NCBI GenBank assembly: GCA_000708835.1
Contig: DF236985.1
Span: 1-64,000 of the forward strand
Length of the DNA stretch: 64,000 nt
From: Klebsormidium nitens
Lineage: Eukaryota; Plantae; Klebsormidiophyceae
Reading direction: 5' to 3'
The notes under the pieces were generated by a model. The model made no database searches. It was not told the origin of the DNA and saw only the letters and a program-made list of their open reading frames with translations. How positions within the stretch are numbered: position 1 is the stretch's first letter; the number at the start of each line of letters is the position of its first letter. Of this stretch, positions 1 to 12,400 are shown one piece after another. A program made the position numbers and the translations under genes.

Positions 1-27
1 AGTCTGAGTCTGCAGCGCGAAGTGTCA

Positions 28-72
28 GCCTAGAAGCTTCGGTGCTCGGCCTAGAAGCTTCGGTGCTCGGCC
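28..72. repeat. Short tandem repeat, 2 x 21 bp (gcctagaagcttcggtgctcg) plus a partial unit
   Basis: Exact direct repeat at 28-48 and 49-69, followed by gcc. Confidence 0.85.
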
Positions 73-196
73 GGCCATAAGCTTAGTCTCGAAAGCTTAT
101 CGGACGGTTCCCTCGCACGCGGTGCACGTGGGTCTTATCGGACGGTCACGCGGTGAAGCAGTAACCCAGACACGTGTCGCGTAGTGATTCGATATA

Positions 197-3100
197 TTAA
201 ATAAGTCGATAGCGTATAATAACGGACGATGCGCGGCCGCGAGTTTGGCGCGCAGCCAGAAGTCGGTGCGCAGTCGTGCCGTTACACAGCTCGCGCAGGC
301 CGAGCGTAACTAGAGTGGTGAGCGCCATGGGGAAGATGCCGTAAAAGTAGGACGAGAACACCTGAACGAGATCGAATTCCGTTTGCGAGTATCGTGGGTA
401 AGATGAAAGGGGGGCGTGTGCTCGCTCGTTCACAAACGAAGCGTATGCCTAAGCACGGCTCTCCACACGTCAGCCTGAGGTCAGCAACACCTGTCGGAGC
501 CCTGCTTCGAAATCACGAGAGGATGAAGCCAGCATACTTAAGGCTGAGTTGCCTTGTCTCCCAGAATTGCAAACCAACAGAAAGGAGGCCACCATTGAAC
601 GTGCTCGGGAGTGGCTTCTCTTCGAGCGTGTCGAAGAGCCGTGGGTCGGTCGTCATACCTTAACCCATGGTCACGCCCTCGACAAAAGAGAAGTGCGATT
701 TTCCGACTTGGATCCGCTCGATTGCAGGCGGACCCGGTAACAACAGCGGAATGAGGTTGAGCCGACGTTCCGGAAGCAAGACTTCCCAGCAGAAACAGGC
801 CCGACTTGGAACACTCTGTAAGCCAGTCCGCAGAATCGGAACAAAGCACACAAAGCGCTTACTCACGACCTTATAAATTCAGAATCGGAACCCCAAAAAC
901 GTAACCTGCGATTACCTGAGTGTAAGCCAGCAGCAGCAGGTATCCGATGGCCATCACGTTCAGCAAGTGGTAGAACGCGAAGGGAACCTGCAGCCAGGAC
1001 CGACGAGGAATCTTGCCCGGTACGTATCCCCCGTCCCTTTTTTGGAACCTTACAACCGAGGGGGCTGCCGCCCCACCGAGCCCCCCCGCTTTCTGCTCTT
1101 GCGGCATTTGTTCCATTGCACGTGACTGATCGATAACTTCGCGTGAACTAAATCAGAATGAACTAAAAGCTCTTGAGCGGATTGTAATACTAGACGAGTG
1201 CCGATAATTGTTGTAAACATCCGTCGATGTGAGCATCTTCTGTTGGTAAAGAGAGGCACGGAGCGGCTTGATAGATAGTGATACTTGCACGCCACAAATC
1301 TCTGGATAATCCATTTGGGCTTCAAGTTCGTGAAGAGGGACGATTCATACTCATTCTGCATTTTTCCCGGGTTAAATCCTGATTGTGACGCCAGCGCGAT
1401 GAAAACCACATAAAAAATAAAACGAAAAAGAAATCTTAAAAAGCTTCCAGTCATCTGTAGGGCGTAAGTGATTCCAGGTCATCGGATCTTGATGGGGGGT
1501 TAGGCCGGATTTAAACAACACGATACGATTAAGACTGGTTGTTCCAGGTTTCGGACGTGTACGGTTTTGAGGTGCTTCAGGGCTTTTGATTTTCAGATTG
1601 TCCGGATCTTCTGCTCTTCCGAGACGGAGAGTGTTTGGCAATTGCCGGCATGTCGCCGTGGTCCACTACCAGAATTGCCGCGTCCTTTTCCTTTACTTTT
1701 GTCAGCACGACATATTCTTATCGGTTCAGGGTAGAACTAGATAGGGAGCGCACTCACCGGCATGCTGGCGTACTCGTTGAGAATGCCCAAATGTCGATTG
1801 AGCCCGCGAATGTTTGTCATCAGCCGGTCGAGTGCCAGCTCGCTGATGTCCCCGCGCTGCTGCTCCCGGTGAAGCAAGAGCTGAATCCACTTCGCGATCT
1901 GCGTGAAGTGACCAGTCTCGGACTTGGTTATGATAACCTCGGGTTATGAAACTAGGACGGGTGGGGAAGTTAAACGGGTCTACGGGGGGGAGCGGGTGCG
2001 GGCTGGTAGGTGTTTCGAGTTCAGGTTTCTTATAGGTTAGATTCTCCTTTGGAGTTGCATGGGCACATTTTAATTGTTTTAGTGAATAATCTTGCGGGGG
2101 AAACCACTGAATGTGTCCCTCAATATTCTGGACTCCTACATGATCTACCTTCCAGCAGTCTCTGCTCTTCGGTCCGAATACCTGCCGCGTTCTTTACTGT
2201 CGTTTTCTCATTCACGCCGTCTCGAATGGATCCAAGCTGAGGACTCAACCGTGCAGTTGGATCCAAAAAGAGTCTTCAAAAACGTAGGTGCGAAAACCAC
2301 TTGCTAGCTGTAGAACAGCTAGACGACGGAACAACCTTTGCAAAAGGCAAACTAGATGGAAAGAAGGGAAAACGGAGTCAAGCACGAAACCCACCATGCC
2401 AAAGGGCTTGGCGTTCTTGTGGATGTTTGCAATCTGCTCCGCTTCCTGGGGTGTGAAAAAGCCCTCCCTCCTCAGGTAGTCAAACACCCAGACGTTCACC
2501 TGAACGCGCCGGTAGTGCGGCAGCCAGGCAAAACCCAGGTACATCTTGGCAATGATATACTTATACAGCTTGTGACAAGTCGCCTTTGCCCCAGGGCACG
2601 TACCGTCGTCGAACACCCCGCGCATCGTCCGATGGAATGCGCGGCCATTGCGCACGATCTCGCCGCAGCACTCGTACTGCCGGAAAAACTTGCATGAGGT
2701 GTGGTGCCGGTTTACAGGACAAGGTTCACACGTCAGCAAGAGTCGGAGGTTCACCAAGGGACGAAGGTGTTAACAAAGGCGTCTCGAAATGTTGAAGCAG
2801 TGAGCTTGGTCTGTTCGTTCTGCCGAGATTGATCCAGGTATCTGGTATTCTTGATTCAAGACACATTGTTGAGGGCTTTGGTTATAAGAAAGTCTGCAAG
2901 CGGCTCATGGAGGAAGACACACCCTCAGACGGCCTGATTCTCTGACGGCCTCTGTCAATATACTCAACTGCCCCCGCTCGCGCTCACCTTGTGTATGACT
3001 GCGTCGTCTGGAAGACGAGGCAGAACGAGACCAGCGTCCCCAGAAACCCGGAGTAAGTCGTGGAGCGCAGGAAAGGCCAGTCCGTGTGCTTGACGTTCGT

Positions 3101-4615
3101 TGTGTCCGTACGCGTGTGCTGGAGTCCCACCCGATAATACATAACGCTCAGAAACACGTGTACGGTCATGATGAGCCAGAAGGAGTGGCTGAACAGTGCG
3201 GCACGGACTGCAGTCCCCGAGAGGCGGAAAAGGAGCCGCAGCGGGGTGTTGGCGTTGTATACATGCACGCCAGGTGGGATCTGCGCGGGGAATGGTTAAA
3301 GAGCGGGGTTACGTTGAATCGACAGAACGAGGCTCATCATCGGTTTGAACAAATCTGCTTTCCATGACAGAAATGGTTAACAACGCAATATTTTGATGAG
3401 CAGGCGTTTTGTAGATGCTCTGGAGGATCTGCAGGATTGGATATGATTGAAAGCAAAGGTTCAGGAGACGTTAAGAAGCGGGAGTGCTTCGAGGGAGCGC
3501 TCACGGCTTGCGACCTTTGAAGTATTCAGGGCACCCAAGGACCTTTCAATATTTAGGGTTGGCTTGATATATTCAAAGCAAGTGGTCAAGTAATTCAGAG
3601 GATTTAGGCATGCATTGAATATGCCAGACCTTGGAATCAGAGGCCCCGTTTGGCTTGAATATGTCATATTGGATAAACACTCCAGTCTTGGCAGTCCTAT
3701 TCAAGATTCAGCGCAAGGGGCACGTATGGGCTCTCTACGTGAAGATGTAAGGAGTGGTTTGTGATACAAGGACCATAAGGAAGTAAATGCTAATTAAGTT
3801 CCTGATGACATCTGAGTCTTTTTGAAGGATTCAATCGTTTGTCATTGGCGCTGGCAGGTAGCCTCCAGGCAAATGCGGTCACTTTGACCGAGCCTGAAGG
3901 ACTGATGATGCAAAGTACATGAGATGGGGAGACAAAACATCCTCCTATAGGGGCCGACCTGAAGCTTCCAAGAAGCACACTGGCATATGAAACAGCCAGC
4001 TCCAATGATGCCCATAAGCGGGTTTCACACTTATAGTCTCTATCTGACACACGCTATAGAAAAGCCGCTATGATTAGTGGGGCACTGCTGTAATCTGGTG
4101 AGACTTAGGCCTCAAAATCAAACTTCTCTACTTCACTGAATAAGGAAAGGAGAGGAGTCCGGCCAAAGAGCCGGTGCCTTGTGTGACCTACTCCGCCTCG
4201 CTTCATCTTTCTCTCCCTCTTCTTATCATTTGCCTTTCTGGCGTCGTCCCTAGTCCCCCTCAGCCTATTTTGACATATGGAGCGCTCATCAAGTAAACCT
4301 GCACTGACCCAATCTGAAAGCGTATTGCCTTTGCAAGTTACCCATTCTCAAACTGGTATCAGGGTATACATCAAGTCAGTCACTCATCACATCACCGCGT
4401 CAAGCGAGGGGTCACCAATCTGGTCAACGCTCACCAGTCCTGCTTTCTTGAGGGGCTCCAGATCCTTTGAGGAACGGGTTCGGCTTGCTCAGGTGGAAAA
4501 TGTTGAGCCCCTCTGTGGCCGCGAGGGGGATCACCCCCTCCTCCGACAGGTGGGCCCCTTTCTCCGGCATCTTAACTTCCACGTGGCTCTCCTTCATTGG
4601 CTCCTGCCCATCCAT
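197..4615 (-). pseudogene. Bestrophin-family anion channel, damaged copy A (exons 4615-4435, 3280-2988, 2688-2395, 1898-1758, 987-916, 361-197)
   Basis: Matches the intact copy at 9497-14205 exon by exon. Has a +1 insertion in exon 1 (ctcaaaggatct vs ctcaaggatct) and an exon-3 acceptor change (gcag|g to gcaa|g). The last exon diverges after LGLREL at ~285, losing the acidic DPFNEDDTD segment. Confidence 0.8.
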
Positions 4616-6860
4616 GCCCACTGCGCCGTGCGCTTTCCTTGCGGACACCGCCAAGAGAAAGGGACCGTCCCTCGCTGCTCTGAAACTCACTCTGCAGCTT
4701 GCTGTTCTCCAAAAGTATCGCCGGGCTCTTCAGGCTCTCGGCCGAGGGCTATGCTTTCCTGCTGAGGATTTGAGCTGAGCATGAGCATGCTCGCGGCGCA
4801 ACTAAATGCATTGGATGGAAGACGTGGGATGACATTGTCATTGATAGCTTGGAGTCGATGAAAAGCTTGGAGTGGAGGACCCGCGATCAAGGACGGATCC
4901 GGTCAGAGAAAGCGACTTCTGCTTCGATGCATGAAACATGAAGCTCGCCCAGCTAGAAGCAAGGGATGTGACACTATTAAATTGTCAGAGTATCGAATTG
5001 TATATATTGTGCATTCTTACAGGTGTAGGACTACCTAATCAAATCCCTGCACAGAGCCTTGTCTCTTGAACTGCGACGGAGACGTGTATAATAGGTAGGG
5101 GCAGTACTGATACCCACGACTGTACTATATATGGAGCATTGGAGCTGCTGAGGTAGGTAGATAGATAGATACCTACCTAAGTATATCAAGCTAGAGTTTA
5201 CGACGCCCAAGGCTACGTTGCCCAAAAGTAGCAGCGATTTTGTTGCGATTCGGCGTAAGACCCCCCCTCTTTCCAAGGACAACATTGGGTGTCGAGGTCC
5301 CAGCGTTTCAGCGGCGGCCAGTCTGGGCCGAGGCCCGTCATCCGAGGCCCGTAACCGGTCCTCCGCAAAGTGGCGCCGGTCGTGCAACGTACACGAGTTG
5401 CGAGCCATAAAACGCACCCGGGAGATTGGAGATGTCCACCGAGCCTGGAGGCTTGCGTACCTAAGGCGTTGAGTCTACCGCGGACGTACTACCGAATTCA
5501 CCGGGCCGCATGTCTTTGCCGAAGACATGCTCGGTGATTTTTGCAGATTAAAATCTGCTTTGAAATTATTGTTCCCCCCGGTACAAAATAGCGCGTGGTG
5601 AGGGTCCAGCCCTGAACCGTCAAATGACATCCGCTACACATGGATCGGAGGGTTCAAGTGGGCCACGCTGGCAAAAGCAGTGGCACGTCAGCCTAAGTCG
5701 AATCGTGAGCAAGTTTGGGCGGGTTTGGGGCCTGGGCGTCGTAGCCTTGGGCGTCGTAAACTTGATACCTATGGTAGATACTACCTAGGCGGACTCTATC
5801 ATCGATGGCCCGTAAATTAGTTCGCCGACCAGTAGCTTAAACAATATTTAACACTACACCACCAAACGAATCATGATCGAGACACTCCGGAGTCCGATAT
5901 TAACTCTCGTGTGACCTACCTATTAAAGAGCCGTGTGATCTAAGATATGCACCCGGAGGACGGGTGGGGCTGGTATGGTGGTTAGAAAGGGTTAGGGTGC
6001 GCAGCGGGGGCTTTGGGTTAGATTTTTAGTTTGAACTGCCCGGGTAACTCGTATCTTTAATATGTACACGGTACCTACATCACACGCCCGTTAGGTCACG
6101 AGTCACGACTCACACGAGAGTTACCGGCATGATCATGACGACGTATGAGCAGTTGTGTGACTACCTTACTGTACTTACTACCGACTTGCTACCGGCCTTG
6201 CGTACTGCATACGTATACATTTCTTTCATAAGTGACTCATACCAATACTGGTGAGAGTGTGAGAGTGGTTAATGCAAGGGTATACGGTACCGTACAAGCA
6301 CATTTTTACTCTTTTAACTCATTCTAGCTCATCCTACACTGTTAGATGAATATACGAACAGACTTCTTCAATTTACCCACTATTGCATCCCCAGAGAGTG
6401 CTGTACGAATTCTTCATTTGATCGGTTCGAGCGACGAGCACGCGACGAGGCTATCGGGCTACTAGCACCTAGGTGACCACAAGACACGTTCTCAAAAAGG
6501 CAATTCAACATCATCACTCTTCAATTGAATGGAGAAAAGCTTCGCCGGAGTCCTGACACTACTGCTTGTGTTCAAGTGGAAGTATTCACTTGAAGTGTGC
6601 ATGCGCCTGCCTCACTCTTTAAGTGAACTTGTAGCTTCGATTCGGGTTGCAGGCTGAATGGTACTGATGGTAAATGGAGTGCACTGATGTATCTCATGCT
6701 ACGACGAATATTACACCTCTGCAACAGGAAGACATGCAGTGGGTTCAATCATGATCGTTCAACAGGGATCAGTCATGACTGATAGAAGAAGCACCGTTCT
6801 GAGTAGCAGTGACACTAGTAGTTTTCATCTTATCGATGGAAACTCGAACGTTGGCCGCTT
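280..6860. repeat. Left arm of a large degenerate inverted duplication (partner ~8150-14075)
   Basis: Reverse-complement matches across exons, introns and intergenic DNA, e.g. 5800-5880 vs 8895-8965, 6215 vs 8815, 6460-6500 vs 8480-8525, 6580 vs 8350, 6690 vs 8265. Confidence 0.9.
5152..5787. mobile_element. Non-autonomous TIR element (~630 bp) in the left arm only
   Basis: Inverted termini: tatcaag..tttacgacgcccaaggctacg (~5184-5217) vs cgtagccttgggcgtcgtaaacttgata (~5740-5767). The right arm reads straight through (gctgctgaggtagacaggcgga on the reverse strand of 8966-8987). No coding capacity recognised; TSD unresolved. Confidence 0.7.
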
Positions 6861-9496
6861 CACAGCCCGCAATTAGATAGTGCACCATGCATGCAGTAAC
6901 GGTTCCTTGGTTGCTAGATCCGTAGTCGTCGAGAAGTTGTTTCAAGAATGTAAGAACATGTCAAGTTGCGAATATGCACTCCGCCCCATATCTTTGATTC
7001 GCACGGGTTATAAGAGAAGGCTAGCTTTGTCGACGTCATCAGCATGCCCGCGTCCTGAGATTCAAATCTTGCTCAAACTGCAGCTCTGACAATCATTGAA
7101 AAGAGCTGGCACGTGGCCTTGAGCACTGTTTTACATATGAAGTTTTGCTAAAGGTTTCCCGCCGTTCTTGAGATCTCGAAGCTGGCCTCGTGGGAGAGAC
7201 AGCTTTCCGAGCTCAGTGAATTGAGGTACATGGGGATGCACAAAACTTGATACCGGTTGGCAATGCCCATTGCACACTATTCAATGCAATATCCCCTCAC
7301 TATGCCGCAGTTAACAAGGGATTGTACGGTCAGGGTTCGGCCTCGGTTTTGCGCCAAGTTACCGCCCGGTTGACGGTATACTACATTTCACCGCCATTGT
7401 TACCACTTGGTCTCCTATCTGCCTATGGGAAACCCTTTGAAATGTTGAAAGGGTTTGGCGAAACTACCGTGTATAAGCCGCGACCATTTGTGGGATCAGT
7501 GGGAATAAATGCGGGACGGACAGCCTATCCACAGGTCCACAGGTATCAGGTTAACGCAATGACGCAACCGACGCATTGAATCCCGGGTAGGAACAAGAAG
7601 AGCTGAGCCTGGACAGCTGGACGAACTGGCAAGCATCAATTCTCCGAGCCTAAGCGTCTACCCGCATGCCCAGGCCTGTGGATCGGTATTGGGTATGTAC
7701 CGGTATACCTAGGTACGCACACCGTTGATTGAGAGGGAGAGAGGATAGAAGAGTCGACAATTGGAGAGCCGATGCGTGGCCGATGCTCGCGTGGCTCGCG
7801 CGTTCGCATGCGCGCGGCGGCATGCACGGGTACGTACCCTCAAGTGAAATCGAGCGGCGAAGACGCGGCCGCAGCCCTGTAGGGGTTTCGGCCGCGACTC
7901 AGTCGCATCATGCATGTATGATGCATGAAGTCAAATTACGGACTCCAGTAAGTTGGGAGTGAGTCCGAGTACCGTCATCCTACTGTCATCCTACGGAATA
8001 TCCCGGGCCGACCGTAAGTTACGTATCCTTGCCGGTAAAACGGCCGCCCAATCGGCGGATTAGGTACGGTTACACCTTCGTCGGACGTCTATGGGCCTTG
8101 CATGTCTAGACTCTACACTGTACAGTCTCATGTACTGCTCTGTTATTGTGATTGGCCGTGTCGGAAGACTTGAATCTTGATAGATGCGTAGTCAATGTCG
8201 ACACGGATCAGTTGTACGGTAGTTGAACGCAGACGTTCTTCTCTTTAACAGAGATTGATCGTAGCATGAGATGATGACAGTACGTCCGGTTTTAATCATT
8301 AGTGCAATCCGAAGCTACTTAGTTAACTAGCCTGGCTCACATTTGAAGTGAATACTAGTATTTCCAAAAGCAAAGTTTGCTTGTACAATACATTAGTAGT
8401 AGGTATCAGCAATCCACCCGGAAAGCTTTTCTCCGTTCCTATTAATTTGAAAAGTCAGGTAAAGGTTTGCCTAATTCTCGAAAAAGTGTGATCTTGTGGT
8501 CACCTAGTACCTAGGTGCCTAGCTAGCCTCGTCGATTGTAGATTTCATTGAGATTTCATTCAGCTTTGTCCGAGGATCATGCAATACCTATTGTGGAAGT
8601 TGAATGATGATGAGGTCTGGTTGTTTACCTACTACCGGTACCTAATATCTATTCCAGACTACCGGTAGGATGAGCTAGGATGACTCGTAATTAGGTTGCT
8701 TATTTTATCTACGGCCTACCTTAGCAATATTTTAACCACTCGATCTCAGATAACTTAGGTAGCTAGCCAGAGGACAGCTTTCAGTATACGGTATTACTCA
8801 TGAGAAGGAATGTATATATATACAGCTGTACGTTAAGCCAGTAGGTGGTCAGTATATCAGTACAGTATTCACACAACTGCTCGGTACGTCGTCATCATGA
8901 TTCGCTTGGTGGTGTCGTGTTACTGTTAGCTACCGGTCGGTGAATTAATTCACGGGCCATCGATATCCGCCTGTCTACCTCAGCAGCTGCATAGTACAGT
9001 ACTGTAGTAGGTATCACTGATGAGTAGGTACTACTGCCGCCCCTGATACACTATGGCACTCTGCGAGTCTGTCGCACTTCAAGTTCAAGAGAGAAGGCTC
9101 TGTGCAGACGGATCTGAACATTCACAGGAAATTTCTGCTAGCAGTACCTATCACATCCCTTGCTCAGGTGAGCTTCATGGTTCACGCTATCCCGGGAGCA
9201 GAAGTCCCTTTCCACTGCAACCGGATCCGTACTCCTTGAATTGATCGATCACATGTCTTCCCACTCCAAACTTCTTATAGGAACTCCAAGTAAATTAATC
9301 ATCACACGTCTTCAATCTTGCATCTAGTTGCGCCACGGGCACGCTCATGCTCAATTCAAAAGCTCAGCAGGAAAGCATAGCTGGCGGCTAGAAGCCCGGC
9401 GGTACTTTTGGAGAATAGCAAGCTGCAGAGTTAAGTCTAAGTGCAGCGAGGGACGGTCCCCTTCTCTCATCGATGTTTTCTGAGAAAGCACACGGC

Positions 9497-12400
9497 ATGA
9501 ATGGGCAGGAGCCAATGAAGGCGAGCCACGTGGAAGTTGAGATGCCGGAGAAAGGGGCCCACCTGTCAGAGGAGGGGGTGATCCCCCTCGCAGCCACAGA
9601 AGGGCTCAACATTTTCCACCTGAGCAAGCCCAATCCGTTCCTCAAGGATCTGGAGCCCCTCAAGAAAGCAGGACTGGTGAGCGTTGACCAGATTTGTGAC
9701 CCCTCGCTTGACCTGGTGATGTAAAGAGTGACAGCTGACTTGACGTATATATACTACCCTGATAGTACTACCCTAATACAAGTTGGGAATTGCATAGCTT
9801 GCAAAGGCAATAAGCTTTGGGATTGGGTGAGTGAAGGGTCACTTGCTGAGCAATCCAAATATCTTTAGAGGCTGAGAGTGATCAGGGACGACGCCAGTAA
9901 GGCAAAAGATAAAGAAGAGGGAGAGAAAGATGAAGCGAGGTGGAAGAGTTCATATAGAGTACCGGCTCTTTGGCTGGACACCTCTCCATTCCTTTACTCA
10001 ATGAGTTTGGAGACCTTCAAATCGGAACGCTGAAGCTTTCACCAGATTCCAGAGTTGCCATTCTACAGATTTGTTTTTAGACAAGGACTATAAGAATGTA
10101 CCCCAGTTATGGGCTCATGATGTGAAACCTGCCTACTCCATATGTGCTTCTTGAAAGCTTCAATTTGGCCCATATAGGAGGATGTTGCTCCTCCCTAGTC
10201 CTTGTTACTCTGCATCCCAAGTCCTTCAGACTCGGTCAAAGTGATCATATTTGACTGGAGGCTTCCTGCCAGAGCCAACAAGATGTGACTTGATGATGAA
10301 GGGAAACTCGAATGTCGGCAGGCAGTTTTAACAGCATTCACTTCCTTATGATAGTCCTTCTTTCACAAACTGCCTGTTACATCTTTACAAGAGAGCCCAT
10401 TTGTGCACCTTCCGCTGAATCTTGAGTGGGACTGCCAAGATTGGATCAACTTTCTGTCATAACATGTTGAATCCAAACGGGGCTTCTAATTCCAAGGTCT
10501 GGCATATCCAATGCCTGCCTAACTCCTCTGAACTGCTTGACCACTTGCCTTGGATAAATCAGGCCAACCCTACATACCCAGAAATCCTTGAATCTTAGAA
10601 GGTCGCAAGCCGCGAGCGCTAAACCCGGAGCACTCCCGCTTCTTAGCCTCTCCTTAACGCACCTCCTAACGCTGTGCGGCCAAGAACCTCCTCTCCCGTG
10701 CAAACTCTCAGAGCATTACATACGCAACGCCTGCTCATTGAAATCGTGCGCCGTTGACCAATTCTGATGCGAAATCAAGTAGATTTGTCCATACCGATGG
10801 TGAGCCTCGTTTCGACGGTTTAAGTTAACCCTGCGCGCCTTTAACCCTTTCCCGCGCAGATCCCCCCCGGGGTGCTCCTATACAACGCGAACACTCCACT
10901 GCGGCTCCTTTTCCGCCTCTCGGGAACCATAGTCCGCGCAGTGCTGTTCAGCTACTCCTTCTGGCTCATCATGTCCGTACACGTCTTTCTGAGCGTCATG
11001 TACTACCGAATGGGGTTCCAGCACACTCGTACGGACACGACCAACGTCAAGCACACGGACTGGCCTTTCCTGCGCTCCTCGACTTACACGGGGTTCCTGG
11101 GGACGCTGGTTTCGTTCTGCCTCGTCTTCCAGACGACGCAGTCATACAACAGGTACGCGTGTGCGGAGGCGGCTGAGTTATCGACAGAGGCCGTCAGAGA
11201 ACCGGGCCTTCCTCTGCGAGCCGCTTGCAGACTTTCTTATAATGAAAGCCCTCAACAATGTGCCTCGAATAAGAACGGGATACCGTCTGAGCATACCGGC
11301 CTTATCAGCTGAAGAACCGGAACTGCTATACGTGATTGGCGGCAACACCTTAAAAAGGTCGAATCAAGAACACCTGAATTCCTGGTATTGATCTCGGCAA
11401 AACTAACATGCCAAGAACACTTCGAGACGCCTTCGTTCTTCAGTAAACTTTCGACTCTCTCTGACGCGCAAACCTTATCATGTGAACCGGCCGCACCCCG
11501 CGCAGGTTTTTCCGGCAGTACGAGTGCTGCGGCGAGATCGTGCGCAACGCACGCGCGTTCCACCGCGCGATGCGCGGGGTGTTCGACGACGGCACGTGCC
11601 CCGGGGCGAAGGCGACACGTCACAGGCTGTATAAGTATATCATTGCCAAGATGTACCTGGGTTTTGCCTGGCTGCCGCACTACCGGCGCGTTCAGGTCAA
11701 CGTCTGGGTGTTTGACTACCTGAGGAGGGAGGGCTTTTTCACACCCCAGGAGGCGGAGCAGATCGCAAACATCCCAAAGCACGCCAAGCCCTTTGGCATG
11801 GTGAATTTCATGCTGGATTCGATCTTTCCTTCTTTGCGTTCAATTTTGCATTTTGCGAAGGCCGTTCTCTCAAATTCTTGCTGTTCTATAGCAAGTAATT
11901 TTTGTACGTACGTCTTTGAGGACTCACCATTCGGATTCAATCACACTTTGGATCCAACCACCGTCCGATCGGCGCAAACGAGGACACGACAGAGGGTACG
12001 CGGCGAGATGTTCGGACCGAAGAGCGAAAAGGTGACGACTAAAGCGGAGAAACTCAGGAATACACAAACTGGACTGAGGCATTCAGTTGCTCCCCCGCAG
12101 GATCATGCTGTAAAAGCCTTAGGAACACTCATGCGACTTAGAACAAGCAGCTAACTCTGAAAATTTGGATCGAACATCTACCTGCTCCGCACCCGTTCCC
12201 ACCCAGTAACCGCACCCGTCCCTATAAAAGACAATGGGTGTATTATAACCAAGTCCGAGACTGGTCAATCCCCGCAGATCGCGAAGTGGATCCAGCTCTT
12301 GCTTCATCGAGAACAGCAGCGCGGGAACATTAGCGATCGGGCGCTCGACCGGCTGATGACGAACATTCGCGGGCTCAACCGACATGTGGGCATTCTCAAT

